DNA of 24,000 nt, from contig JBITAJ010000028.1 in the NCBI GenBank assembly GCA_044440125.1, positions 444 through 24,443 of the forward strand, in the 5' to 3' direction. Below the pieces are notes generated by a model. That model was not told the origin of the DNA and ran no database searches. It saw only the letters and a list, made by a program, of their open reading frames with translations. Both the position numbers and the translations under genes were made by a program. The DNA is from Sedimentisphaeraceae bacterium JB056. GTDB taxonomy: Bacteria; Planctomycetota; Phycisphaerae; Sedimentisphaerales; Sedimentisphaeraceae. Positions 1 to 9,802 of the stretch are shown here, one piece after another (within the stretch, counting starts at the first letter, position 1; every line of letters begins with the position of its first letter).

Positions 1-1
1 A

Positions 2-802
2 TACGGTTGCGGCAGAAGCGAAGAAGTTGTAGGTACTGTGCTTAAAAGAATGAACTGGAAGCCGCTGATCGCAACCAAATGCGGTTTATTATGGAATGAA
101 AAACGCGAAAAAGTCAACTGCCTCAAAACAGAGAGTATAATAAAGGAATGTGAAGACAGCCTTAAAAGACTGAAAGTAGAAGTAATAGACCTCTATCAGA
201 TGCACTGGCCGGAACCTGATGAGCTTATTGAAGAAGCATGGGACGCAATGGCAAAACTCGTACAGCAGGGCAAAGTCCGTTATCTGGGAGTATCCAACTT
301 CAGTATCTCGCAGATGAAGCGAGCAGCAGAGATACATCCAATAGCATCTTTGCAGCCTCCATACAGCATGATAAGACGTGATATTGAAAATGAAATAACA
401 GATTTCTGCCTTGAAAACAATATCGGGATAGTAGCTTACAGCCCAATGCAGCAAGGCTTACTTACAGGGAAATACAACAAGAGTAAGGTAAAAGAACTTC
501 CCGCCGATGACAACCGGGTTACAAGGCCCGACTTTAATGAACCGGTGTTAAGCATAAATCTTGAGATGATTGAAGAGCTTAAAAGAATGGCCTCCAACGA
601 TGGAAAAACGGTTGCGCAACTGGCGATAAGCTGGGCAGTGCATAATCCGGCGGTAACAGCCGCTATCGTCGGAGCAAGAAGAAGCGGCCAAATAGGTGAA
701 ACGGCTGCCGCCGGTGATTACATCTTAACTGATGAACAAATGAGCAGGATAAGAGAACTCCTTGAGTGGAGAGATGAAAAAATTGCAGAGAAAATGAGAT
801 AA
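2..802 (+). CDS. Aldo-keto reductase family oxidoreductase, 5' end cut by the window edge
   Basis: The frame stays open back to position 2 (YGCGRSEEVVGTV upstream of the track's GTG start), matching the AKR N-terminal YG.G.SEE..G pattern. Downstream come IATKCG, DLYQMHWPEP, VRYLGVSNF, and IVGARRSGQIGE near the C-terminus. The true start lies off-window. Confidence 0.9.
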   Translation, partial: YGCGRSEEVVGTVLKRMNWKPLIATKCGLLWNEKREKVNCLKTESIIKECEDSLKRLKVEVIDLYQMHWPEPDELIEEAWDAMAKLVQQGKVRYLGVSNFSISQMKRAAEIHPIASLQPPYSMIRRDIENEITDFCLENNIGIVAYSPMQQGLLTGKYNKSKVKELPADDNRVTRPDFNEPVLSINLEMIEELKRMASNDGKTVAQLAISWAVHNPAVTAAIVGARRSGQIGETAAAGDYILTDEQMSRIRELLEWRDEKIAEKMR

Positions 803-851
803 GGTCACAGAGCAGACCTTAAATGATAAAGAAAATACATAAGGTAAAAGA

Positions 852-2285
852 ATGTCAGAAAAAAACAGTGTTTACGTTAGCCCTTTAGTTGAACGAAATG
901 CATCCGTAGAGATGTCAACTCTATTTGGCGCACAGAAAAAATTCAGTACATGGCGAAAGCTATGGGTAGAACTGGCCAAGGCCGAGAAGAAACTCGGCAT
1001 CAAGATAAGTGCTGCGCAGATTCAGGAGATGGAAAAGAATATCGAAAACATCGACTTTGCCAAGGCAGCCGAGTTTGAAAAGAAATTCCGTCATGATGTA
1101 ATGGCTCATGTTCACACTTTCGGCGAGGTTGCTCCTAAGGCTGCACCTATAATCCACCTTGGTGCAACAAGCTGTTTTGTCGGCGATAATGCTGATCTGA
1201 TTATTCTTCGTGAAGCAATGGAGATGGTTGCGGCAAAGCTTGCCGGCGTAATCAATCTGCTTGGCAAGTTCGCCAAGAAACACAAGAAGACTCCGACTCT
1301 TGGCTTCACACACTATCAGCCTGCGCAGCTTACAACAGTAGGCAAGCGTGCAACTTTGTGGTGTTATGAATTCGCAATGGATCTTGCAGAACTGGAACAC
1401 CGTATTGAAGAGCTTCCGTTTAGAGGCGTAAAGGGAACAACCGGTACACAGGCTTCTTTCCTGTCATTATTTGATAACGACCACAACAAGGTTAAGAAGC
1501 TTAACGAAATGGTTACAAAAGCATTCAAGTTCAAGAACTGCTGCGTTGTAACCGGCCAGACCTATCAGCGTAAGATAGACACCATGGCAATCAACACCCT
1601 CGGTTTGGTAGCTCAGTCAGCACATAAGCTTTGCAACGACATAAGACTTCTTGCAAACCTCAAAGAAATGGAAGAACCTTTCGGCAAAAACCAGATTGGT
1701 TCATCAGCGATGGCTTACAAACGTAATCCAATGAGAAGCGAAAGAGTAACCGCTCTCAGCAGATTTGTACTGAGCCTTACAAGCAGTCCTCAGATGACAG
1801 CATCAGAGCAGTGGTTCGAACGTACTCTTGACGACTCTGCTAACAGACGACTTGTACTCCCTGAAGCATTTCTTGCAATAGATGGTATCCTTGAGATATT
1901 GACTAACGTGGTAGACGGTCTGGTTGTATATCCAAAGGTAATTGAGGCAAGAATCAACTCAGAGCTTCCTTTCATGGCAACCGAAGAAATCCTAATGGCA
2001 GGCGTTAAAGCCGGCGGCAGCAGGCAGGATCTCCATGAGAAGATACGTGTATACTCTCATGAGGCCGCAGAACAAGTTAAAATGTACGGCAAACCGAACG
2101 ATCTCATTCAAAGAATGAAAGACGATGAGGATTTTGCCAATATAGATCTCGATAAGGTTCTCGATGCCAAGCAGTATATAGGCAGAAGCGTTGAGCAGGT
2201 TGATGAATTTGTAGAGGAAGTAGTTACTCCGATACGAAGAAGATACAGAAAATCAATTAACAGAAAAGTTGAACTGAAAGTATAA
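852..2285 (+). CDS. purB: Adenylosuccinate lyase
   Basis: 477 aa with the fumarate-lyase superfamily signature [15 protein letters not shown] and full-length resemblance to long-form PurB. An AAGGTAA RBS-like sequence lies about 6 nt upstream of the ATG. Confidence 0.96.
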   Translation: MSEKNSVYVSPLVERNASVEMSTLFGAQKKFSTWRKLWVELAKAEKKLGIKISAAQIQEMEKNIENIDFAKAAEFEKKFRHDVMAHVHTFGEVAPKAAPIIHLGATSCFVGDNADLIILREAMEMVAAKLAGVINLLGKFAKKHKKTPTLGFTHYQPAQLTTVGKRATLWCYEFAMDLAELEHRIEELPFRGVKGTTGTQASFLSLFDNDHNKVKKLNEMVTKAFKFKNCCVVTGQTYQRKIDTMAINTLGLVAQSAHKLCNDIRLLANLKEMEEPFGKNQIGSSAMAYKRNPMRSERVTALSRFVLSLTSSPQMTASEQWFERTLDDSANRRLVLPEAFLAIDGILEILTNVVDGLVVYPKVIEARINSELPFMATEEILMAGVKAGGSRQDLHEKIRVYSHEAAEQVKMYGKPNDLIQRMKDDEDFANIDLDKVLDAKQYIGRSVEQVDEFVEEVVTPIRRRYRKSINRKVELKV

Positions 2286-2334
2286 TCAGCAGCAAATAGC
2301 GAGAAATGAATAGATAGTAAAAAAGCAAACATTC

Positions 2335-2351
2335 GGCAGAAAGCCTCTGCC
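2335..2351 (+). terminator. Weak terminator-like hairpin downstream of purB
   Basis: GGCAGA (2335-2340) pairs with TCTGCC (2346-2351) around the loop AAGCC. Only TT follows, so there is no real U-tract. Confidence 0.3.
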
Positions 2352-2395
2352 TTCTACTAGCTACTCACTAAAAACCTTAAAAAAGGACAAACAAA

Positions 2396-2923
2396 ATGAC
2401 AAAAGAACAAATTGCAGCAAGAATAAAGGAAGAAGCTTACCTCGAAGGCGATTTCGTACTCAGAAGCGGTAAGAGAAGTAAATACTATATGGACAAATAT
2501 CTCTTCGAAGCTTGCCCTGACATCCTCAAAGCACTTGGCGAAGAATTCGCAAAGCATGTCGGCGATGATGTAACGCTGATCGCAGGTCCTGAACTTGGCG
2601 GTGTTGCTCTTGCAGCCTCTGCAGCAATGGCAAGCGGCACAAAATGGGTAATCGTTCGTAACAGCAAGAAGGATTACGGCACAAGCAAGCTTGTTGAAGG
2701 CGGAGAGTTCAGGCCTGACGATGTTGTACTTCTTGTTGAAGACATTGCGACAACAGGCGGCCAAGTTCTCGAAGCGGCAAAAGTAATAACCGAAGCCGGT
2801 GCAAAGGTCAAGAAGATCGTTGCAGTAATCGACAGAAAACAAGGTGCAAGAGAAAACATAACCGAAGCCGGCTACGATTTCGAAAGTATCATTACAAAAG
2901 AAGATCTTGGAATCGTTGACTGA
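2396..2923 (+). CDS. pyrE: Orotate phosphoribosyltransferase
   Basis: 175 aa with the PRPP-binding motif VVLLVEDIATTGGQ. The N-terminal GDFVLRSGKRSKYYMD is typical of short-form OPRTases. Confidence 0.94.
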   Translation: MTKEQIAARIKEEAYLEGDFVLRSGKRSKYYMDKYLFEACPDILKALGEEFAKHVGDDVTLIAGPELGGVALAASAAMASGTKWVIVRNSKKDYGTSKLVEGGEFRPDDVVLLVEDIATTGGQVLEAAKVITEAGAKVKKIVAVIDRKQGARENITEAGYDFESIITKEDLGIVD

Positions 2924-2939
2924 TTCTGCCAAAACATTA

Positions 2940-2963
2940 CTGCGGCGGTGTAAGCCGTCGCAG
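2940..2963 (+). terminator. Stem-loop between pyrE and the next gene, a possible terminator or processing structure without a U-tract
   Basis: CTGCGGCGG (2940-2948) pairs with CCGTCGCAG (2955-2963), giving 9 bp including one G-U pair, loop TGTAAG. AAAGTC follows, so it is not a canonical intrinsic terminator. Confidence 0.3.
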
Positions 2964-2973
2964 AAAGTCAAAC

Positions 2974-3273
2974 ATGAACGAAATATTCCTTAGAGAAATA
3001 CTCGAAACACTAATGCTTATATGCTTCGGATTTGCATGGCCGATTTCAATAGCCAAATCGATACGTTCAAAGACATCCAAAGGTAAAAGCATACTTTTCC
3101 TATTCATAATTCTTACGGGTTATTTATGTGGAATAATGAAGAAAATCGTCTGTCAGGAGATAGGCATTGCCATAATTTTCTATAGTGTAAATTTAATTAT
3201 GGTGTGCCTCGATATCTTTTTGTGGATACGAAATTATTGGGTTTACGATAGAGAATCTGAATTGAGCAATTAG
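2974..3273 (+). CDS. Small 3-TM membrane protein, PQ-loop / SemiSWEET-like (tentative)
   Basis: 99 aa with three hydrophobic segments (about aa 9-27, 39-58, 63-85). The TM1-loop sequence FAWPISIAKSIRSKTSKGKSILF resembles the PQ-loop pattern (P-Q..k..r.ks..G.S), with Ile in place of Gln. No clear RBS is visible. Confidence 0.45.
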   Translation: MNEIFLREILETLMLICFGFAWPISIAKSIRSKTSKGKSILFLFIILTGYLCGIMKKIVCQEIGIAIIFYSVNLIMVCLDIFLWIRNYWVYDRESELSN

Positions 3274-3279
3274 ATCGGA

Positions 3280-5577
3280 ATGATTATGAGACACAGTAAG
3301 CTGTTATGTGATATAGGTGAACTTAACCATCTTTTCAGAGATAGTGTAAGCATTGAAAATTTCCTGCAGAGAATCGTTGACATGGTCGGCGATCACATGA
3401 AAGCAGATGTCTGCTCTATTTATCTTTATGATGAAACAGAGAAACTTCTCACCCTCAAAGCAACAAGAGGTCTCAATCAAAGCTCTGTAAACCATGTAAC
3501 CCTGCGTCTTGGAGAAGGCATAACAGGTCAGTCTCTTGAAGAGCTCAACCCAATATCTCTCTCGGAAGCAAGCAAACATCCCAATTACAAAGGATTCACT
3601 AATCTTGAAGAAGAACCGTTCGAATGTTTTCTTGCCGTGCCTATACTGCGAGGTATAGAACGAATAGGAGCACTGGTACTTCAAAGAAAAAAAGACTATA
3701 GCTTTAATGAAGGTGAAATACTTACATGCAGAGCCGTGGCATCACAGCTTGCGAATATGATAGAGAATGCACGTTTCCTTATAGCCTTCCATGATACAGG
3801 TGATTCGGTCTCGCCTAAAAGTGGTTCAGCAGGTAAAAACCAAGGTTCTGAACTGACATTTATAAAGGGGCAGTCTGCATCAAAAGGTTATGCACTTGCG
3901 CCATGCCGTACATATAACAATAGAAAAAACTTCAACTATTTGCTCAATAAAGAATATGATGAAGATTATTCGATTGATGACTTACAGAATGCTATCAAGA
4001 CGACATCTCATCAGCTTGAACAAATGCAAACCGCCGTTGACCAGAAGCTTGACGATGCGGCATCTTTGATATTCAGTTCTCATTTGCTAATACTCAAAGA
4101 CAGGGTTTTCTTCAAGAAAATAAAAGAGAAAGTTGAAGCAGGCCAAAAGACTCCTGAATCACTACTGGAAGTAGCCAAAAGTTATATTGACACATTCAGT
4201 GCAGCTCAGAATGTTTTCATTCGTGAAAAAGCTAACGACATGGAAGACATCGTTGTAAGGATAATAGGCAACCTAACAGGTGAAACTGATGACCTCGTAG
4301 GAAGTCATAAGAATATTGTCATAGCGAAAGATCTATTCCCTTCCGACCTGCTTAAGCTTACAAGTGAAAACGTCAGCGGTGTAATACTTGTCAGCGGTGG
4401 TGCAACAAGTCATCTTTCAATACTTGCCCGCTCACTGCAAATGCCAATGGTAATCGCAAATGATTCCCAATTGCTTGAGATTAAAGACGGAACTAAAATC
4501 CTTCTTGATGCTGAAAGTGGATATATACACATAAACCCTACCGACGACATACTCAAGGAAGTCGAAAATCGTGAAGAGCAAAATAAAAAGCTCAAAACGA
4601 TACGACACCAAACCCACGAGAAAACAATTACACAAGATGGCACAAGGGTTAATCTGTATGCAAACATCAACCTTTTGAGCGATCTGAAACTTGCAAAAGA
4701 AACAAAAGCCGAGGGTATAGGGCTATACAGAACAGAATTCCCATTTATTGTTCGCAATGACTTCCCTACAGAAGAAGAGCAATACGTAATATACAAAAAG
4801 TTGATGGATAATATGAAAGGCAAATCTGTAATCTTCCGAACACTTGATGTCGGCGGAGACAAGATGCTCTCATACTATCACAATGTAACTGAACAAAACC
4901 CTGCTATAGGCCTTAGAAGTATAAGATTCTCATTACAGAAACGAGATGTGTTCAACCAACAGATACGTGCTATGCTCAGAGCAGGCTACGGCGGAGACCT
5001 TGGGATTATGTTCCCTATGATATCTTCGCTTGACGAGTTTGATGAGGCAAGAGAAGTTGTTGAAGAATGCAAAGAAGGCCTCGAAAAAGATGGCTATGAG
5101 TTCAACGCCAATCCTAATATCGGGATAATGATTGAGTTACCTTCTGTAGTAGAGATAATCGAGGATTTTGCCGCAGAAGCCGATTTCTTCAGCATAGGAA
5201 CAAATGACTTTGTACAGTTCATGCTCGGGGTTGACAGGACTAACGAAAATGTTGCAGACTTCTACCTCCCTCACCACCCATCGGTATTAAGAGCCTTGAA
5301 TAAAGTTGTCTGGACTGCAAACAATCACGATAAACCAATTGGAATCTGCGGATCAATGGCCGGTGACATCAGGTTCCTGCCATTCCTTCTGGGCATCGGT
5401 ATGCGAAGACTAAGTCTCGACCCATCTTACCTGCCGGCTGTACAGAACCACATAGAAAAAATTGATGTAGGCGATGCTGAAAACTTTACCGAACATTTGC
5501 TGTCACTAAGCCGTGCCTCGCATGTCAAAGAAATGTTAGACAATTATTCTCTGGAGCTATCTAAGAAACAGTCTTAA
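3280..5577 (+). CDS. ptsP: GAF-domain phosphoenolpyruvate-protein phosphotransferase (enzyme I, EI-Ntr type)
   Basis: 765 aa. It has an N-terminal GAF-like region (about aa 25-165), the phospho-histidine region GGATSHLSILARSLQMPMV, and PEP-utilizing C-terminal motifs GLYRTEF, SIGTNDFVQF and GICGSMAG. The start could also be the ATG at 3286. Confidence 0.93.
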   Translation: MIMRHSKLLCDIGELNHLFRDSVSIENFLQRIVDMVGDHMKADVCSIYLYDETEKLLTLKATRGLNQSSVNHVTLRLGEGITGQSLEELNPISLSEASKHPNYKGFTNLEEEPFECFLAVPILRGIERIGALVLQRKKDYSFNEGEILTCRAVASQLANMIENARFLIAFHDTGDSVSPKSGSAGKNQGSELTFIKGQSASKGYALAPCRTYNNRKNFNYLLNKEYDEDYSIDDLQNAIKTTSHQLEQMQTAVDQKLDDAASLIFSSHLLILKDRVFFKKIKEKVEAGQKTPESLLEVAKSYIDTFSAAQNVFIREKANDMEDIVVRIIGNLTGETDDLVGSHKNIVIAKDLFPSDLLKLTSENVSGVILVSGGATSHLSILARSLQMPMVIANDSQLLEIKDGTKILLDAESGYIHINPTDDILKEVENREEQNKKLKTIRHQTHEKTITQDGTRVNLYANINLLSDLKLAKETKAEGIGLYRTEFPFIVRNDFPTEEEQYVIYKKLMDNMKGKSVIFRTLDVGGDKMLSYYHNVTEQNPAIGLRSIRFSLQKRDVFNQQIRAMLRAGYGGDLGIMFPMISSLDEFDEAREVVEECKEGLEKDGYEFNANPNIGIMIELPSVVEIIEDFAAEADFFSIGTNDFVQFMLGVDRTNENVADFYLPHHPSVLRALNKVVWTANNHDKPIGICGSMAGDIRFLPFLLGIGMRRLSLDPSYLPAVQNHIEKIDVGDAENFTEHLLSLSRASHVKEMLDNYSLELSKKQS

Positions 5578-5578
5578 A

Positions 5579-6454
5579 ATGGGTATATATAATATACTTA
5601 AAGAAAAAAGACGATTAGAACTCGACCTGAAAAAGATAGGTTTGCCTGAAATACCTCTTATCGGTGTTAATATACTAACCTCAGCTACAGGAAAGCTTCC
5701 TTTGCATGTCCATAAAGGCACGCTTGAAATAGTATACATGGTTCGCGGCAAGCAGGTTTTCTCTACCGGCACAAAACAATATACTCTCAAAAGCAACGAT
5801 GTCTTCATAACAGAACCTGACATACTGCACGGAAGCGGTGGTCATTTAATGGACAGGGCTTTTTTCTACTGGCTTCAAATCACACTGTCATCAGAAAAGA
5901 AGTCGATCCTATGCCTTAACAACGAAAGCTCAATGATGCTTTCTAATAAATTAAGAAATATAAAGACCAATCGATTTGCAGGCAATAAGAATATTTCTTC
6001 CTGCTTTGAAGAGATATTTGAGCTTTACCATAAACGCGGAAAAACATCAAAATTAGCTATCAGCAGTCAGCTTGTACAATTACTTTTGAATGTAATAGAC
6101 TGCGCATCAAACCCAAAAAACTCCTTCATAACTGAAGACATTTCAGCCTCACTCGAATTACTGGATGATAACCCGCATACATTCCTCACTGTTGAACAAA
6201 TGGCGCATGCCGCCAATCTGTCTTGTTCAAGATTCAAATGCAAGTTTAAACAGCAGACCGGTCTGCCTCCAGCAGAATATCAATTGCGTAAAAAGATAGA
6301 GATGGCTAAAGAAATGCTTAAAAGCAGCGACTTGTCGATAACTGAAATCGCATATAAACTTGGCTTTTCATCTTCTCAATACTTTGCTACCGTATTCAAA
6401 AGATTCACGCAGAGAACCCCGGGCAATGTTTCAGGTAAAAGAGAAAAGAAATAA
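5579..6454 (+). CDS. AraC family transcriptional regulator with an N-terminal cupin-like sensor
   Basis: 291 aa. The cupin-like segment is LPLHVHKGTLEIVYMVRGKQVF. The C-terminal dual HTH includes LTVEQMAHAANLSCSRFKCKFKQQTGLPP and ITEIAYKLGFSSSQYFATVFKRFTQRTPG. Its ATG sits 1 nt after the ptsP stop (TAAAATG). Confidence 0.9.
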   Translation: MGIYNILKEKRRLELDLKKIGLPEIPLIGVNILTSATGKLPLHVHKGTLEIVYMVRGKQVFSTGTKQYTLKSNDVFITEPDILHGSGGHLMDRAFFYWLQITLSSEKKSILCLNNESSMMLSNKLRNIKTNRFAGNKNISSCFEEIFELYHKRGKTSKLAISSQLVQLLLNVIDCASNPKNSFITEDISASLELLDDNPHTFLTVEQMAHAANLSCSRFKCKFKQQTGLPPAEYQLRKKIEMAKEMLKSSDLSITEIAYKLGFSSSQYFATVFKRFTQRTPGNVSGKREKK

Positions 6455-6468
6455 TATCAGCATTCAAT

Positions 6469-7512
6469 TCAAGCGAGAAGTTTCTCACATTTGGCAGGAC
6501 TTATTCCGATATTTTTCAGGAAGCGTCTGCGAACCTTATCCTCGATATCAGTCTTTTTTCTTTTCTTATCACCTTTTAGCATAGATATCTGCCCCCCTGC
6601 CATTGTATCGTGACCGCCGCCGGTTCCAAATCTTGAAACAACCCTCTTCATAATATCGCCAGCCTTTTTACCGTTCTCTGATGTCCTTATCGAAAGAAGC
6701 ATTTGCCCATCAAGAAAGCCATAGCACAAAGTCCATACAGCCTTGTCATCGCGTAAGAGCAAATCGGCGACCTCGGCTATCATATCAGCATTCGTGATAT
6801 CGCCAAGATTTGTAATTATACATCTATCACACGCTACGGCATTTGTTAATGCCTTCGCAAGCATCTTGAAATATACTCTCTCAACTCGTCCCCTCTGTAT
6901 ATCACTGAGCATCTTAAGGTTTGCTATCGGATAAAGAGCCTGAATGGCAGTTATATCCATCTTGCAAGCTTCTCTGCCAAGGTCCTGAGTGTCGGATCTT
7001 ATCGCATAAACAAGTGCCGTAGCAAGCTGCGTATCTATTTCTATCTTCGCCTCTCTTAAATATTCAAACAATATTGTTGAACATGATCCGTAATGGCTTC
7101 TGACATCAATAAACCTACAGCTTCTTGTTGTATGCCGGCATGGATGGTGATCAATCACTATATCAGGCTTAAGTTCACATGGAAGTGAATTATTGCCCGT
7201 CTGAGGCTGAGTATCAACCAACGAAATATGGTCAAATCTTGCAGGGTCAACTTCAGATATCTGTCTGAGATTCAACCCAAGATAACGCACCATCGCTCTA
7301 TTCTCAGCTCGTCCTACAGAACCGCCGTGTACAATCGAACAGCTTAAACCGATCTTATTGGCAAAACACCGTAAAGCCATAGCTGCACCAATCGAATCAG
7401 GGTCAGGATTATTCTGCATGACAATAAGCAAACTACCGCTGCCAGTAAAGATTTCTTTTAACGCTTTCACTCGCTTCTTGGTCTTCGCTTCATTTGCTGA
7501 AAGTTTGCTCAT
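6469..7512 (-). CDS. DHH/DHHA1 family phosphoesterase (NrnA-like)
   Basis: Motifs NPDPDSIGAAMAL, LVDT, VIDHHP and the DHHA1 motif GTGGGHDTMAGG. The track ORF begins at a GTG at 7521. The ATG at 7512 (MSKLSANE) has GGTGAG about 8 nt upstream and is preferred. Confidence 0.85.
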   Translation of the reverse strand: MSKLSANEAKTKKRVKALKEIFTGSGSLLIVMQNNPDPDSIGAAMALRCFANKIGLSCSIVHGGSVGRAENRAMVRYLGLNLRQISEVDPARFDHISLVDTQPQTGNNSLPCELKPDIVIDHHPCRHTTRSCRFIDVRSHYGSCSTILFEYLREAKIEIDTQLATALVYAIRSDTQDLGREACKMDITAIQALYPIANLKMLSDIQRGRVERVYFKMLAKALTNAVACDRCIITNLGDITNADMIAEVADLLLRDDKAVWTLCYGFLDGQMLLSIRTSENGKKAGDIMKRVVSRFGTGGGHDTMAGGQISMLKGDKKRKKTDIEDKVRRRFLKNIGISPAKCEKLLA

Positions 7513-7533
7513 ATCCAACACTCACCGTATATA

Positions 7534-8622
7534 TTAAAACCATTTTTTCTTTTTAAAATAAGCAAGCATTATCAACAGCAGAAGAACTATTACTGTCCAG
7601 AAACCCCACGGATAGCTCCACTTCCAATTCAGCTCAGGCATATTGGTAAAATTCATCCCATAAATACCCGCAACAAATGTAAGCGGGATAAAAATAGTGG
7701 CTATAACGGTAAGAACCTGCATAACCGAATTCATACGATTACTGACTACAGAAAGATAGACATCAAGTATACCGGAGGTCATCTCACGCAACGTTTCGGT
7801 AGTATCAATAATCTGAACGATATGGTCATAAATATCACGTAGGAAGAAAAGCGTTGACTCTTCAACAAGCTTTGATTCAGATTTCTGGAGATTACTGATG
7901 AGCTCTCGAAGCGGCCATACGGCTTTTCGCATTAAAAGCATCTGTTGCTTGGTGTCGTGTATCATATGCAGAACCTTCTGATCTGGATTTTCAGCAACCT
8001 GATGCTGCAAGCTCTCTATCTTCTCTCCCATTGCCTCAAGTACTACGAAATAATTATCAATAACACTGTCAACAAGAGCATAAAGCAGATAATCACTGCC
8101 AAGTTTCCTTATTCTGCCTTTTGAATTAATAAGCCTTTCTCTAACCGGCTCAAAGACATCGCCTACTGCTTCCTGAAAAGTAAGCACGAATCCCTGCCCC
8201 AATACAAGGCTGACTTGCTCAATTGAAATCCTTTGACTCTCTTCATTGAATGTCAGCATTTTTAGGACAACATAAATATAATCGTCAAAATCTTCCATCT
8301 TGGGGCGTTGACTCGTATGAACAATATCCTCCAAAACAAGCGGATGTATATTGTACTTTTCACCAATCTTCTCTATTAGTTCAATATCATGAAGCCCATC
8401 AACATTGATCCACTTCACATTTTCCTGCTCCTGAGCAAAAGCTTCTTCGATATTATCTATCTGTTTATTATCAATACTCGACTCATTGTAGTCAAATACC
8501 GTAATTCTGACATTTTCAAGCTTTCTCTCACCTGTATGCACAAGAGTACCTGGAGGCAGACCAACTTTCTGCCGCCGCTCACTGATTATCTTTTTCAGTA
8601 CTTTTGCTCCTATATTTTTCAT
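7534..8622 (-). CDS. corA: CorA family magnesium/cobalt transporter
   Basis: 362 aa with a soluble N-terminal domain, two C-terminal TM segments, and the signature YGMNF in AGIYGMNFTNMPEL. Confidence 0.95.
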   Translation of the reverse strand: MKNIGAKVLKKIISERRQKVGLPPGTLVHTGERKLENVRITVFDYNESSIDNKQIDNIEEAFAQEQENVKWINVDGLHDIELIEKIGEKYNIHPLVLEDIVHTSQRPKMEDFDDYIYVVLKMLTFNEESQRISIEQVSLVLGQGFVLTFQEAVGDVFEPVRERLINSKGRIRKLGSDYLLYALVDSVIDNYFVVLEAMGEKIESLQHQVAENPDQKVLHMIHDTKQQMLLMRKAVWPLRELISNLQKSESKLVEESTLFFLRDIYDHIVQIIDTTETLREMTSGILDVYLSVVSNRMNSVMQVLTVIATIFIPLTFVAGIYGMNFTNMPELNWKWSYPWGFWTVIVLLLLIMLAYFKKKKWF

Positions 8623-8640
8623 AGATCAACCAACTGCCTA

Positions 8641-9708
8641 TCAGACAATAGTAATATCCTTACATTTATATACGCTTTGTATTGCATTAAGCAGTTCAAC
8701 GCCATCTTTCATAGGCTTCTGAAATGATTTTCTTCCGGATATGAGCCCCATCCCGCCGGCACGTTTGTTGATTACTGCAGTCTTAACCGCCTGAGCAAGG
8801 TCGTTCTCGCCTGAAGGACCACCTGAATTTATCAATCCTACTCGTCCCATAAAATTATTAACTACTTGATAGCGAGTCAGATCAATTGGATGCGAAGAAT
8901 TCATCGTGTCGTACATAAGATCTGAATACTTGCCGAATTTTTCCTGCTTGTTCATAGCAAGATATCCCCCGTCAGAGACAGGCTGCTTTTGCTTGATTAT
9001 GTCGGCCTGAATAGTCGCTCCAAGATAATTAGCCTGTCCGGTAAAATCAGAACTGGAATTATGGTCTACGCCGTCAACCTTGAAAGAACTGTTACGAACA
9101 TAGCACCATAGTATAGTTACCATGCCAAGATCATGAGCCGCCTCAAAAGCCGCACTGATCTCCTCTATCTGTCTTGGACTCTCCGGCGAGCCAAAATAAA
9201 TCGTCGCACCGACGGCAATAGCACCCATATCAAATGCCTGCTTGACACTTGCATAAATAATCTGATCAAAGGTATTGGGATAACTTAAAAGCTCATTATG
9301 GTTGATCTTTAGAATGAAAGGAATTTTGTGTGCATATTTTCTTGCCACACTGCTTAGAATTCCTGAAGTTGAAGCTACCGCATTGCAACCTCCCTCAATG
9401 GCAAGTTTCACAATATTATCAGGATCAAAATATATCGGATTTGGTGAGAATGCCGAACCTCCGGAATGCTCAACCCCCTGGTCTACAGGCAAAATCGAAA
9501 CATAACCGGTTCCACCAAGATTTCCCGTATTGAAAAGAGTCTGCATATTTCGTAAAACGGCAACAGGCCTGTCAGTTAAAGAGAAAACATCATCAATCCA
9601 GTGGGGACCTGGAACATTCAAATGGTCTTTTGAAATTTTAGGGCTGTCAAAAGCCAAAAGAGATTCTGCATCAGACGCTAATAACTTAGTAATCTTATCA
9701 ATATTCAT
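8641..9708 (-). CDS. fbaB: Class I fructose-bisphosphate aldolase (FbaB/DhnA type)
   Basis: Collinear with my recollection of E. coli FbaB, for example [46 protein letters not shown] and [16 protein letters not shown]. The start is moved to the ATG at 9708 ([10 protein letters not shown]), which has GGAGGG (9713-9718) upstream. The track's 15-codon extension to 9753 lacks an RBS. Confidence 0.95.
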   Translation of the reverse strand: MNIDKITKLLASDAESLLAFDSPKISKDHLNVPGPHWIDDVFSLTDRPVAVLRNMQTLFNTGNLGGTGYVSILPVDQGVEHSGGSAFSPNPIYFDPDNIVKLAIEGGCNAVASTSGILSSVARKYAHKIPFILKINHNELLSYPNTFDQIIYASVKQAFDMGAIAVGATIYFGSPESPRQIEEISAAFEAAHDLGMVTILWCYVRNSSFKVDGVDHNSSSDFTGQANYLGATIQADIIKQKQPVSDGGYLAMNKQEKFGKYSDLMYDTMNSSHPIDLTRYQVVNNFMGRVGLINSGGPSGENDLAQAVKTAVINKRAGGMGLISGRKSFQKPMKDGVELLNAIQSVYKCKDITIV

Positions 9709-9802
9709 TTTTCCCTCCGAAAATACTATTAATGTAGATAAGCACAAAAACATCTCACGTAAGATATAAATGCACAGTTAAAATCAAAACAAGCAAAATT
9801 GA

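Noticed and set aside
2357-2971. A 204-aa minus-strand ORF covering all of pyrE.
   Set aside because: It is fully antisense to a gene with clear OPRTase motifs. Its translation is Cys/Phe-rich and low-complexity with no recognisable domain, which is a typical shadow ORF.
4410-4862. A 150-aa minus-strand ORF inside ptsP. Similar antisense ORFs occur at 14601-14963, 15824-16213, 20443-20835 and 8389-8727.
   Set aside because: All lie antisense within confidently assigned genes and have Ser/Phe/Ile-rich junk-like translations. I treat them as non-coding.
8623-8640. A possible Mg2+ (M-box) riboswitch upstream of corA.
   Set aside because: Only 18 bp separate fbaB and corA, which is far too short for an M-box aptamer.
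9709-9753. The 15-codon N-terminal extension of the fbaB ORF ([15 protein letters not shown]).
   Set aside because: The downstream ATG at 9708 has a GGAGGG Shine-Dalgarno sequence and matches the N-terminus expected for FbaB. The extension has no RBS.
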